From an uncultured bacterium (lineage in GTDB: Bacteria; Acidobacteriota; HRBIN11; JAKEFK01): DNA of 64,000 nucleotides. Positions 47,487 through 57,189 of this stretch are shown here, piece by piece. Positions within the stretch are counted from its first letter, which is position 1; each line of letters begins with the position of its first letter. A program made the position numbers and the translations under genes. The notes under the pieces were generated by a model that saw nothing but the letters and a program-made list of their open reading frames with translations, made no database searches and was not told the DNA's origin. The DNA lies in the NCBI GenBank assembly GCA_963777505.1, contig CAVZQN010000004.1, forward strand, positions 1,568,001 through 1,632,000, in the 5' to 3' direction.

Positions 47487-48965
47487 ATGAGTACAGAAGA
47501 ACAGTATATTCAGCAAAGACGCGAAAAGCTGGAAAAGCTACGCAGTCTTGGTGTGGATGTATATCCGCGCAAATTTGAATACTCCAAACCTGTTTCTAAA
47601 ATTCTGCAAGCCAATCACGACAAAACTGCTGAACAACTTGAGCATGAAAAAACGCGAGAAAAAATCGCCGGCCGGATTGTCGCTTTGCGTGGGCATGGTA
47701 AAGCAGGTTTTATGAATTTGCAGCAGGATGGTGCGCAGCTTCAGGTCTATGTAAAAAAGGATCTGGTTGGAGATCAAAGTTTTGCAATTTATGAATGTCT
47801 TGATATCGGCGATTTTGTTGGGATAGACGGTGAGTTATTTCGCACGCGGACAGGTGAGTTAACTGTAAAAGCGGAAAACATTACGTTTCTTTCAAAAGCG
47901 CTACGACCGTTGCCAGAAAAATGGCATGGTCTTCAAGATGTTGAATTGCGTTATCGCCAGCGCTATCTGGACTTAATCGTGAATCCCGATGTACGGCGGT
48001 ATTTTGAAATTCGAAGCAAGATCGTAGCTGAAATGCGCAGCTTCATGGATTCGCATGGATTTATGGAAGTTGAAACGCCGATGATGCAAGTCATCGCAGG
48101 AGGGGCACTTGCGCGTCCCTTTAAAACGCATCACAACACTCTGGATATCGATTTATTTATGCGAATTGCTCCCGAGTTATTTTTAAAGCGATTAACTGTG
48201 GGTGGTCTGGATCGAGTCTACGAGATCAATCGGAATTTTCGGAATGAAGGAATTTCAACGATGCACAATCCGGAATTCACAATGCTGGAATTTTATACGG
48301 CATATTTTGATTATAACGATCTCATGGAGTTCACTGAAGAATTAATCGGCAGTCTTGCTCAAAAAATTCTTGAGAAGGATCAATTGGAGTTTGAAGGTCA
48401 AACGATTTCTCTCAATAGGCCATGGAGAAGGTTAACCTTCGCGCAAGCACTCATTGAGTTGGGCGGCATTTCTGCAGAGTTGTTGGAAGACGAAAAGGCA
48501 TTGCGTGCGTTCGCAATTGAAAAGCATATTAAAGATGCGGCGAAGCTTTCGAAAGGCAAACTATGGGGCGCCCTGTTTGATGAATATGTAGAAGATAAAT
48601 TAACCGGTCCGGTTTTTATAACCGACTACCCACGCGATCTTTCGCCGCTTTCGAAATCGCGTGCTGACAATCCTGAAATTGTCGAACGATTTGAGCTGTA
48701 TATCGGTGCGATGGAAATCGCAAACGCATACAGTGAGTTGAATGATCCTGTTGAACAGCGGATTCGATTTGAAGAACAGCTCCGTGCCTATGAAGCAGGG
48801 GATCAGGAAGCCCATGCGATGGATGAAGATTATGTGACTGCACTTGAACATGGTATGCCTCCGACAGGCGGCGAAGGATTGGGCATTGATCGTTTAACGA
48901 TGCTATTTACCGGTGTACGTTCCATCCGCGAAGTAATTTTATTTCCGCTTCTAAAACCGCGTTGA
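47487..48965 (+). CDS. lysS: Lysine--tRNA ligase (class II)
   Basis: RYRQRYLDL, RIAPELFLK, FRNEG...HNPEF, GMPPTGG.G.GIDRL. Confidence 0.97.
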   Translation: MSTEEQYIQQRREKLEKLRSLGVDVYPRKFEYSKPVSKILQANHDKTAEQLEHEKTREKIAGRIVALRGHGKAGFMNLQQDGAQLQVYVKKDLVGDQSFAIYECLDIGDFVGIDGELFRTRTGELTVKAENITFLSKALRPLPEKWHGLQDVELRYRQRYLDLIVNPDVRRYFEIRSKIVAEMRSFMDSHGFMEVETPMMQVIAGGALARPFKTHHNTLDIDLFMRIAPELFLKRLTVGGLDRVYEINRNFRNEGISTMHNPEFTMLEFYTAYFDYNDLMEFTEELIGSLAQKILEKDQLEFEGQTISLNRPWRRLTFAQALIELGGISAELLEDEKALRAFAIEKHIKDAAKLSKGKLWGALFDEYVEDKLTGPVFITDYPRDLSPLSKSRADNPEIVERFELYIGAMEIANAYSELNDPVEQRIRFEEQLRAYEAGDQEAHAMDEDYVTALEHGMPPTGGEGLGIDRLTMLFTGVRSIREVILFPLLKPR

Positions 48966-48996
48966 GAAACTTTTGCGCCTCTGCGGTTAAATAAAC

Positions 48997-50226
48997 ATGA
49001 AATTTGAATTATCGGTAGCACTGCGATATTTGCGCGCCAAACGAAAACAAACTTTGTTGTCCGCAGTGTCCTTAATCGCAGTCCTCGGTTTTATCCTTGG
49101 TGTAATGGCGCTTATCATTGCGCTTGCATTAATGACAGGCTTTCAAGAAGACATCCAGGCGAAAATCCTTGGTGCCAGCGCACACGTTCTTGTATATCCA
49201 ACAGGATCCCGCGGAATCAAAGAAGTAGATAGTACTATAGACATAGTACGTAAAGATCCAATGATTACTTCCGTCTCGGGCGTTGTCTATGGCAAAGTGA
49301 TGGTCTACACAACGGGCGGCGCCGATGGAATCGTGTTGAAAGGAATCGATCCAGTAAAAGAAAAATCCGTTACGGAGCTGACATCAAGTCTTGATGAGGC
49401 GGCATTAAAAGCCTTAAGCGATCCCGGACAGGAGAGAGAAGGGATCGTTTTGGGAAGCGACTTAGCAGAAACTTTGCGTGCAAAAAAAGGGGACCTCGTT
49501 ACGCTTGTTTCACCCGAAGCTCTTTTAACTCCGCTAGGATTGATGCCGAAATTCAAGAAACTTCGAGTGGTCGGAACATTCCGAAGCGGAATGTACGAAT
49601 ATGATCAAAACTGGGCCCTTGTTTCAATGAAAACGGCCCAACGGCTTTTTTCACTCGGCGAATCTGTTACTTTAGTCGAAGCTCGAATCAACAATATTCA
49701 TCGTGCCAATGAAGTATCGGATCGTTTACAAAAGTCTCTAGGAAGCCGTTTCTTTGTTGACAATTGGATTAATCAGAATCGTTCATTATTTTCTGCAATG
49801 AAATTGGAAAAAATCATGCTGTTCATCACAATTACGCTGATCGTGCTGGTAGCAGCATTTAATGTAGTTTCAACGTTAATCATGATGGTGCTTGATAAAA
49901 ACAAAGACATCGCAGTCTTAATGGCAATGGGTGCAACAACAAAGCAAGTCATGCGCATTTTTATGATTCAAGGTGTCTTAATCGGAATTGCAGGAACTTT
50001 GATTGGTGCAATCCTTGGAATTGTAACTTCCTTGATCATGGATCATTACAAAGTAATCCAGCTTCCACTCGATGTATATTTCATTCCCTATTTGCCATTT
50101 CGCTTGCGATTTGAAGATGTTGCCTTCGTTACCGCAACAGCACTTGTCATTAGTTTTTTATCAACGCTCTATCCGGCAATCCGTGCATCAAGAATCAATC
50201 CGGCAGAGGCTTTGCGTTATGAGTGA
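48997..50226 (+). CDS. lolE: Lipoprotein-releasing ABC transporter permease LolC/E
   Basis: ALRYLRAKR, ALMTGFQ, VAAFNVVSTL, LYPAIRAS.INPAEALRYE. Confidence 0.9.
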   Translation: MKFELSVALRYLRAKRKQTLLSAVSLIAVLGFILGVMALIIALALMTGFQEDIQAKILGASAHVLVYPTGSRGIKEVDSTIDIVRKDPMITSVSGVVYGKVMVYTTGGADGIVLKGIDPVKEKSVTELTSSLDEAALKALSDPGQEREGIVLGSDLAETLRAKKGDLVTLVSPEALLTPLGLMPKFKKLRVVGTFRSGMYEYDQNWALVSMKTAQRLFSLGESVTLVEARINNIHRANEVSDRLQKSLGSRFFVDNWINQNRSLFSAMKLEKIMLFITITLIVLVAAFNVVSTLIMMVLDKNKDIAVLMAMGATTKQVMRIFMIQGVLIGIAGTLIGAILGIVTSLIMDHYKVIQLPLDVYFIPYLPFRLRFEDVAFVTATALVISFLSTLYPAIRASRINPAEALRYE

Positions 50227-50254
50227 GCGCTACGGTCCAATCTGTTGTTTTCTT

Positions 50255-50303
50255 GCAGGCAAGATGCCTGCCGCCCGTAATGCGGACAAGATGTCCGCGC
50301 TCC
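50255..50303. repeat. REP-like doublet inside a duplicated gene junction
   Basis: gcaggcaagatgcctgc-cgcccgtaat-gcggacaagatgtccgcgctcc; flanked by 24-bp direct repeats at 50203-50226 and 50307-50330. Confidence 0.8.
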
Positions 50304-50322
50304 GAAGCAGAGGCATTGCGTT

Positions 50323-51034
50323 ATGAGTGATGGAACCGCAAAGGCGCAAAGTGAGATTCTTTTATTAGAAGCGCGAAGCTTATCAAAGAGTTACCAATCG
50401 CCTGTTCGCAGGATTGATGTGCTGAATGAATTAGATCTTCAAATTCCGCATGGAAAGACAATTGCAATTATGGGCGCGTCCGGAGTAGGGAAAAGCACTT
50501 TGCTCCATGTACTGGGTATGCTGGATCGTCCGGATAGCGGTCAAATCTTGTTTGAAGGACGCGATTTAGCCTCTTCAACAACACAAGAACTTGCAGACTT
50601 CCGCAACAAAAAAATTGGATTTGTTTTTCAGATGCACCATTTACTTCCGGAGTTCAATGCGCTTGAAAATGTCATGATGCCAATCCTGCTAAGGAATTAT
50701 GATCGCAAGGTGGCTGGAGAGCGCGCGATGAAAATCTTACATGAAGTGGGTCTTTCAGAACGTGCCGATCATCGCCCGGGACAACTTTCAGGAGGCGAAC
50801 AGCAGCGTGCCGCAATCGCAAGGGCTCTTGTTAACGATCCACCTTTAGATTCTTGCTGATGAACCTACTGGAAATCTTGACGAGCGTACAGGTGAAACAA
50901 TCTTCCAACTATTCCGCGATCTTCATTCTCATCGCAAACTATCTTTCATAATTGCCACTCACAATCCTGCCCTTGCGGCTATCTGCGACGAAACGTACGT
51001 TCTCCATGAAGGAAAACTTACACCGAAAATTTAA
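50323..51034 (+). CDS. lolD: Lipoprotein-releasing ABC transporter ATP-binding protein, frameshifted near 50847
   Basis: GASGVGKS, LSGGEQQR. Walker B ILADEPTGNLD and IATHN continue in the next frame to TAA 51032-51034. Confidence 0.9.
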
Positions 51035-51242
51035 CAAACTTTGCGTCTTTGCTATTGAGTTATCCTCTGAAAACGTTGAAAAATTGTAGTAATTCTTGTA
51101 AAATCAAGGCGCGCGAGCCGGAGTTGAAGCGCGCAGATGTTGGGCGTTTCATAATGCTCACTTTTAAGTTGCAGTCCTTCTTGCAATCCGGACGTGAGGA
51201 GGCTTGAAACTTGAAAACCATACACGTACTTTTAGGGTGAGC

Positions 51243-53645
51243 ATGTTTGAGCATTATACAGAACGGGCGATTCGTGTTATTCAGTTTGCGAGGTACGAGG
51301 CCACACAGCTGGGGAGCCGCACGATTGAAACTGAGCATTTGTTGCTTGGTTTAATCCGTGAAGGGAACGGAATTACAAGCCGCATTTTTAACCGCTGCAA
51401 AGTTACCTTCGAAGAGATTCGAAAAGAAATAGAATCCCGCGTAGTACTCAAAGAAAAAATTTCTCCTTCCGTTGAACCTCCACCTAGCCCTGATGTTGAT
51501 AAGGTTCTTGCTTTTGCTGCAGAAGAAGCTGAGCATCTCAATCACAAATACATAGGGACAGAACATATCCTTCTTGGCATTTTACGTTTAGAGAGTTGTG
51601 TTGCTGCAGAGATCCTCCGTCAAAAAGGGATGAAACTGACTGTCATTCGTTCGGAGATTTCGAACATTCTTAACGAAAAGGCCGGTGCGAAAGTAAAAGA
51701 ATCTCCAACACTTTACGAATTCTGTCGAGATCTTACCGATGAAGCAGCCCGCCATAATCTGGATCCGTTAATTGGGCGTAATGATGAAATGGGCCGGATT
51801 ATTCAAGTGCTCTGCCGCCGTTCGAAAAATAATCCGCTCCTTGTTGGAGAACCTGGAGTTGGTAAGACTGCATTGGTCGAAGGTCTTGCTCAGCGCATTG
51901 TGGATGGTGAAGTCCCTTATCATTTGACCGACAAACGCGTTCTTGCATTAGACATTTCGCTTGTCGTTGCTGGTACAAAATATCGCGGCCAGTTTGAAGA
52001 AAGAATGAAAGCCATTCTGAAGGAATTGGTCGAATCCCCTGAAATTATTATTTTCATCGATGAAATCCACACACTGGTCGGAGCCGGTTCTGCGGAAGGT
52101 TCTTTAGATGCAGCCAATATTTTGAAGCCCGCACTTTCGCGCCGGGAAATTCAATGTATCGGAGCGTCCACTCCTGCGGAATACAGAAAATATATTGAAA
52201 AAGACCGTTCACTTGAACGGCGTTTCCAACCGATCCGAATTACTCCACCATCAGAAGATGACAGCATCCGTATCCTTGATGGCCTAAAAGAGATTTACGA
52301 AAATTTCCACAGTGTTAAATACACCGAAGATGCAATCAAAGCATCCGTATTTCTTTCTTCACGTTATCTGACTGAACGTTTCCTTCCGGATAAAGCGATT
52401 GACTTAATGGATGAGGCCGGATCGAAAGTGAAACTGAAGACTTCACCTCAACCGAGCGAACTTTCGGATATTAAGAAAAAAATCAAAACGATTGTAGATC
52501 GTATGGAAACTGCAATCTCAAAGAAGGAATTTGAAAAGGCTGCATTTTATCGTGATGAAGAAATGCTTCAGCGTGAAAATCTGATGATGCTGAAAGATAA
52601 GTTGAACAGCCAAACTCAAAAGAATCTGGTAACGGAAGAAAACATCAGCGAAGTTATTTCTACATGGACAGGCATTCCGTTGAGTGCCATCAATGAAGTC
52701 GAATCTCAGAAGCTTTTGCGAATTGAAGAAGAATTGCGCAAATGGATGGTTGCTCAGGCCCAGGCAATTGAGGCTGTGGCACGTGCAATCCGCCGGTCAA
52801 GAATTGGTCTGAAAAATCCATCTAAACCGATCGGCTCCTTCCTGCTTTTAGGACCTACTGGCGTCGGTAAGACTGAATTAGGCCGCTCGTTGGCCCGACA
52901 TATGTTCGGAAGTGAAAAGTCTTTAATCCGCTTTGATATGTCTGAATTTATGGAAAAGCATTCGGTCTCAAAACTAATTGGTTCACCCCCAGGGTATGTC
53001 GGATATGAAGATGGTGGACAACTGACTGAACTTGTTAAACGTACACCGTATTCGATCATACTTTTGGATGAGATCGAAAAAGCTCATCCGAGCATCTTCA
53101 ATGTGTTGTTGCAGGTGCTCGAAGACGGTCATTTGACCGATTCTTTCGGAAATAGAATTGACTTTAAGAACACGATCATTATTATGACTTCCAATATTGG
53201 AGCCCGATTAATTGAAAAAAGTGGAAGAATGGGCTTCCGTGCTCCAGATGAGTTAAAGGAGTATGAGGACACGCGCGAGGAAGTCTTGCAAGAAGTGAGG
53301 AAAACTTTCAATCCGGAATTCATCAATCGTTTGGATGAAATTATTGTTTTCCATCCTCTGTCTGATGATGATTTGCTTCAAATCATCCATATGATGATTC
53401 AGCAGATTAACATCGATCAAAAGGAGGAAAAACCGCGAATTATGCTCTCAGAAGCTGCCATGCGTTGGCTGCTGGATAAATCATGCCGGGATAAACGTTA
53501 CGGCGCTCGTCCGCTTCGGCGGGCAATTCAACGTTATGTTGAAGATCCGATCGCTGATCTGTTGATCCGGAATGGGATTGAAAAGAATACGGCAGAAATT
53601 CGTGTAGAAATTCAAGACGAAAAACTCGTCTTTAGCCAGTCCTGA
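51243..53645 (+). CDS. clpC: ATP-dependent Clp protease ATP-binding subunit
   Basis: Clp-N repeats, GEPGVGKT, UVR-like middle domain, GPTGVGKT, GARPLRR. Confidence 0.93.
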   Translation: MFEHYTERAIRVIQFARYEATQLGSRTIETEHLLLGLIREGNGITSRIFNRCKVTFEEIRKEIESRVVLKEKISPSVEPPPSPDVDKVLAFAAEEAEHLNHKYIGTEHILLGILRLESCVAAEILRQKGMKLTVIRSEISNILNEKAGAKVKESPTLYEFCRDLTDEAARHNLDPLIGRNDEMGRIIQVLCRRSKNNPLLVGEPGVGKTALVEGLAQRIVDGEVPYHLTDKRVLALDISLVVAGTKYRGQFEERMKAILKELVESPEIIIFIDEIHTLVGAGSAEGSLDAANILKPALSRREIQCIGASTPAEYRKYIEKDRSLERRFQPIRITPPSEDDSIRILDGLKEIYENFHSVKYTEDAIKASVFLSSRYLTERFLPDKAIDLMDEAGSKVKLKTSPQPSELSDIKKKIKTIVDRMETAISKKEFEKAAFYRDEEMLQRENLMMLKDKLNSQTQKNLVTEENISEVISTWTGIPLSAINEVESQKLLRIEEELRKWMVAQAQAIEAVARAIRRSRIGLKNPSKPIGSFLLLGPTGVGKTELGRSLARHMFGSEKSLIRFDMSEFMEKHSVSKLIGSPPGYVGYEDGGQLTELVKRTPYSIILLDEIEKAHPSIFNVLLQVLEDGHLTDSFGNRIDFKNTIIIMTSNIGARLIEKSGRMGFRAPDELKEYEDTREEVLQEVRKTFNPEFINRLDEIIVFHPLSDDDLLQIIHMMIQQINIDQKEEKPRIMLSEAAMRWLLDKSCRDKRYGARPLRRAIQRYVEDPIADLLIRNGIEKNTAEIRVEIQDEKLVFSQS

Positions 53646-53683
53646 CGATCCGGCCACAATTCAATATTATTAAAGAAAAGAAT

Positions 53684-56020
53684 ATGAAATTGCTTGTACT
53701 ACCTTTCATTCTAGTCCTGGCCTTCGGTTGTTCTGTTTTTGCTCAAGGAAACGAAAACACCATTGTCGAAGTCCGCATCGAAGGAAATCAGAGAATCGCT
53801 ACTGAGACTTATCAGTATTACATCACGACACGGGCGGGAAATGATTATGATGCCGCCGGTGTTCGCGAAGATTTTAAGCGCCTCTGGCAAACTGGATTTT
53901 TGAATGATTTAAAGATCGAAACGGAAACAACCCCCGAGGGTGTTATTGTAATTTTCAAAGTTGAAGAGCGGCCGCTGGTCAAGGTAATTGAATATTCAGG
54001 CAATAAGAAAGTCTCCAAGGATGATATTGAAACCAAGTTGAAGGATGACAATATCGGATTGAAAATCGATCAGCCTTACGATCCATATTCCGCGAAAAAA
54101 GTCTCGAATGCAATTGATCAGCTAATGATCGAAAAGGGTCTCCGTTTTGGGAATGTCAAAATTCTTACCGAATCGATAGGTACATCAGGCACCAAAGTGA
54201 CTTTTCAAGTCGATGAAGGGCCGAAAGTCCGAATCGGTGAAATCGTATTTGAAGGGAACAAAGTCTTTTCCGATGGAAAGTTAAAAAAGCGCATGAAAGA
54301 TACGAAAGAGCGTGGAATGCTTTCCTGGATCATGCGCAAAGATGATTTCGAAAAAGAAAAATTCGATAAGGATATGGAACGCGTTTCCGATTTATATCTG
54401 GACAATGGTTATATCAATGCAAGGATTGATGAGCCTCAAATAGAACTCATAGAAGGTAAAGAGCGGATGCGCGTCACGATTCCTGTTGATGAAGGGGATC
54501 AGTATCGGACTGGCGATATTCATTTTTCGAAGAATACTGTCATTGCTGAGAAGGTTCTCCAGAAGAACATGGAAATGAAAAAAGGAGAAGTATTCAATCG
54601 AAGTCAGCTTCGCGCCGGGCTTGAAGAGAATCAAAAGGCTTATGGTGATCAAGGATATATTTATGCATCACTGAACCCTGCACTGGACCCTGATAATGCG
54701 AACAAAATTATTAATCTCAATATTGAAGTGCAGGAAAACGGACAATTCTTTGTTAACCGGATTGAATTTACAGGCAATAATTACACGCGTGACAAAGTCA
54801 TCCGTCGCGAGCTTCTCATTCAGGAAGGAGAACTTCTCCGAGTCAGCCGTTTTCGCGAGAGTTTGGACCGCATTTATCGTCTCGGATTTTTCGATGATAT
54901 TAAGCCGAATATTGTGCCTGTTGAAGGCGTCGATAACAGAGCCGATGTATCAATCGATGTAAAAGAAAACAAGAGAAATGAAATCCGGTTGGGCGGCGGT
55001 TACAGTGAATTTGAAGGATTTTTCGGCAATGTCGTTTTCTCAACCAAAAACCTTTTTGGTACAGGAAAGATCTTCACTCTCAATCTTCAAGGTGGGTCAC
55101 GATCTGAAAACTATGGAATCGAAATTCTTGAACCATATTTTCTTGATCGCCGTATTTCCCTTGGTTTTGGTTTGTTCAAATATAGATACGACTATTTCAA
55201 TTTCCTTCGCGACACTTTAGGCGGTTCGATTTCTTTTGGATTCCATATTTATGAAGAATTTAAAGGCGTTGTAACCTATGCATATCAGGTCGTTGATATC
55301 GACAATCCAACCGATAACTCCGGAACTCCAATTGATGATGATATTTTCCCCGGACTTGAGCAGCTTCAAAGTGACCGCACAGAAAGCCGGGTTACTCCTC
55401 AGCTCATCCGCAGCACGATCAACAATCCAAACGAACCTACACGCGGGACGCGGTTAGTTCTTGCAAATGAATTTGTAGGCGGTTTTCTCGGTGGCGAAGT
55501 AAGTTACATTAAGCCAGCCATAACCTGGACGCACTTTATTAGAGGATTTATTAAGAAACACCATTTTGCATATAACGTAGAATTCGGTTATGGCAGTGGA
55601 TTCGGGAGTCTTGAGCTGCCTTTTTATGAACGATATTTTCTTGGGGGCGAACGGAGTATTCGTGGTTACGAAATCCGCATCGTTGCCCCTATCGCAGTTG
55701 ATGCTTCAGGCCGTCAATTTATTGCAGGGGGAAACAAGTTTTTTGTGACCAACGTTGAGTATGTTGTACCATTGGCAGGGCCATTGAAAGTTGCCGTATT
55801 TCTGGATTACGGAAATGCCTTCAGGCCAGGAGATGGAGTCGATTTCACAGATATGCGCGGCAGTACGGGAATTGAAATCAGATTCCTGGCGCCATTTCTC
55901 AGCGCTCCATTCCGCTTTATCTGGGCCTATAACTTTAACCGTGGCGAGCTGATGACCTTGCCTCCAGACTTCCAGCCAGAACGAACCACCTTCCGATTCT
56001 CTGTTGGGACGACATTCTAA
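53684..56020 (+). CDS. bamA: Outer membrane protein assembly factor BamA
   Basis: POTRA repeats, TRDKVIRRE, IRGY motif, C-terminal F. Confidence 0.95.
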   Translation: MKLLVLPFILVLAFGCSVFAQGNENTIVEVRIEGNQRIATETYQYYITTRAGNDYDAAGVREDFKRLWQTGFLNDLKIETETTPEGVIVIFKVEERPLVKVIEYSGNKKVSKDDIETKLKDDNIGLKIDQPYDPYSAKKVSNAIDQLMIEKGLRFGNVKILTESIGTSGTKVTFQVDEGPKVRIGEIVFEGNKVFSDGKLKKRMKDTKERGMLSWIMRKDDFEKEKFDKDMERVSDLYLDNGYINARIDEPQIELIEGKERMRVTIPVDEGDQYRTGDIHFSKNTVIAEKVLQKNMEMKKGEVFNRSQLRAGLEENQKAYGDQGYIYASLNPALDPDNANKIINLNIEVQENGQFFVNRIEFTGNNYTRDKVIRRELLIQEGELLRVSRFRESLDRIYRLGFFDDIKPNIVPVEGVDNRADVSIDVKENKRNEIRLGGGYSEFEGFFGNVVFSTKNLFGTGKIFTLNLQGGSRSENYGIEILEPYFLDRRISLGFGLFKYRYDYFNFLRDTLGGSISFGFHIYEEFKGVVTYAYQVVDIDNPTDNSGTPIDDDIFPGLEQLQSDRTESRVTPQLIRSTINNPNEPTRGTRLVLANEFVGGFLGGEVSYIKPAITWTHFIRGFIKKHHFAYNVEFGYGSGFGSLELPFYERYFLGGERSIRGYEIRIVAPIAVDASGRQFIAGGNKFFVTNVEYVVPLAGPLKVAVFLDYGNAFRPGDGVDFTDMRGSTGIEIRFLAPFLSAPFRFIWAYNFNRGELMTLPPDFQPERTTFRFSVGTTF

Positions 56021-56034
56021 TTGCTGAAAATATC

Positions 56035-56100
56035 GGGAGAGCGGGCTGCATGTTTGTTGAGATAAATGATTCTATGGCGTGCGCGGAGGCGCGCCCTCCG
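56035..56100. repeat. Degenerate GC-rich REP-like pair
   Basis: cgggagagcgggctgcatg ... ggcgtgcgcggaggcgcgccctccgg. Confidence 0.4.
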
Positions 56101-56112
56101 GACGTAGTCCGG

Positions 56113-56168
56113 TTTTAGATTGCAGATTTCAGTTTGAAAAAGTACAATCTAAAAGCTGCAATCTAAAA
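56113..56168. repeat. Minimal gene-less heptamer inverted-arm element
   Basis: ttttagattgcagatttcagtttg (56113-56136) pairs with caatctaaaagctgcaatctaaaa (56145-56168) at 21/24 positions. Confidence 0.75.
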
Positions 56169-56194
56169 AATTCAAAGTTGGAGAAAGTAGTTTT

Positions 56195-56725
56195 ATGAAA
56201 TTGTTAGTTGTGTCATTTCTGTTGCTTTTCGCTTTGCCCGTGATGTCTCAAAGTGCGGGACAAATCGCTGTTGTTGACGGCGAGAAAGTATTAAGAGATT
56301 CAGAACCTGGTAAAAAGTTGTTTGCTGAAGTCAAAACACTGCGCGACAAAAAGCAGCAGGAAATCGAACAGCGTCAGACCAGCATTCAAGCTATGCAAGA
56401 AAAACTTAACAAAGAAAAAGATATCCTTAGCCCTGATGCTCAAGAAAAGCGTCGTGCTGAAATTCAAAAAGCTTTAACGGATGCAAAACGTTTTCGCGAA
56501 GATTCGGAAGCTGAAATTCAAGGCAGACTCGATTCTGCAATGGGTGGAATGCAAGACAAATTACTTCCGATGATCCAAAAATTGGGCCAGGAAAAAGGAT
56601 ATTCATTAATTGTTGGTAAACAGTTTACTATCTGGCATGATGCTAAATACGACATTACAGAGGAAGTAATCAAACGTTTTAATGAATCGCAAGGTGCAGC
56701 AGCTCCTGCTGAAAAGAAACAGTAA
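56195..56725 (+). CDS. skp: Periplasmic chaperone Skp/OmpH
   Basis: Signal peptide, IAVVD, coiled coil, DITEEVIKRF; downstream of bamA. Confidence 0.9.
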   Translation: MKLLVVSFLLLFALPVMSQSAGQIAVVDGEKVLRDSEPGKKLFAEVKTLRDKKQQEIEQRQTSIQAMQEKLNKEKDILSPDAQEKRRAEIQKALTDAKRFREDSEAEIQGRLDSAMGGMQDKLLPMIQKLGQEKGYSLIVGKQFTIWHDAKYDITEEVIKRFNESQGAAAPAEKKQ

Positions 56726-56736
56726 ACACGAGACGA

Positions 56737-57189
56737 ATGACGGCCTTCGACATCAATTCAATCTTGAGGGCGTTACCCCACCGTTATCCGTTCCTTTTAG
56801 TAGATAGGATTCTCGAATACGAAAAAGAAAAACGGATTGTCGGAATCAAGAATGTAACCATCAATGAGCCTTTTTTTCAGGGCCATTTTCCCGGCAGACC
56901 GATTATGCCGGGAGTCCTGATTATTGAAGCAATGGCTCAGATGGGAGGCGTCTTGTTACTCCAAGATCATGAATTGAAAGAAAAAGGCCTGGTTTATCTT
57001 GTCGGAATTGATAATGCTAAGTTTCGTAAAACAGTGATACCTGGCGACCAGTTACGGATTGTGGTAAATGTACTGAAGTATAAATACACGATTTGTAAAA
57101 TGAGGGGAGAGGCATTTGTGGATGAAAACCTGGTAGCTGAGGCAGAATTCTTGACATCCCTCGTGACCCAGGAACCAGAGCATGCCTGA
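56737..57189 (+). CDS. fabZ: 3-hydroxyacyl-ACP dehydratase
   Basis: LPHRYPFLLVD, GHFP..PIMPGVLIIEAMAQ. Confidence 0.96.
   Translation: MTAFDINSILRALPHRYPFLLVDRILEYEKEKRIVGIKNVTINEPFFQGHFPGRPIMPGVLIIEAMAQMGGVLLLQDHELKEKGLVYLVGIDNAKFRKTVIPGDQLRIVVNVLKYKYTICKMRGEAFVDENLVAEAEFLTSLVTQEPEHA

Noticed and set aside
51035-51242. CtsR/CIRCE/sigma32 heat-shock element or ncRNA upstream of clpC
   Set aside because: CTTGAAA occurs twice and there is a short GCGCGC stem, but spacing and sequence do not match a consensus I can support.
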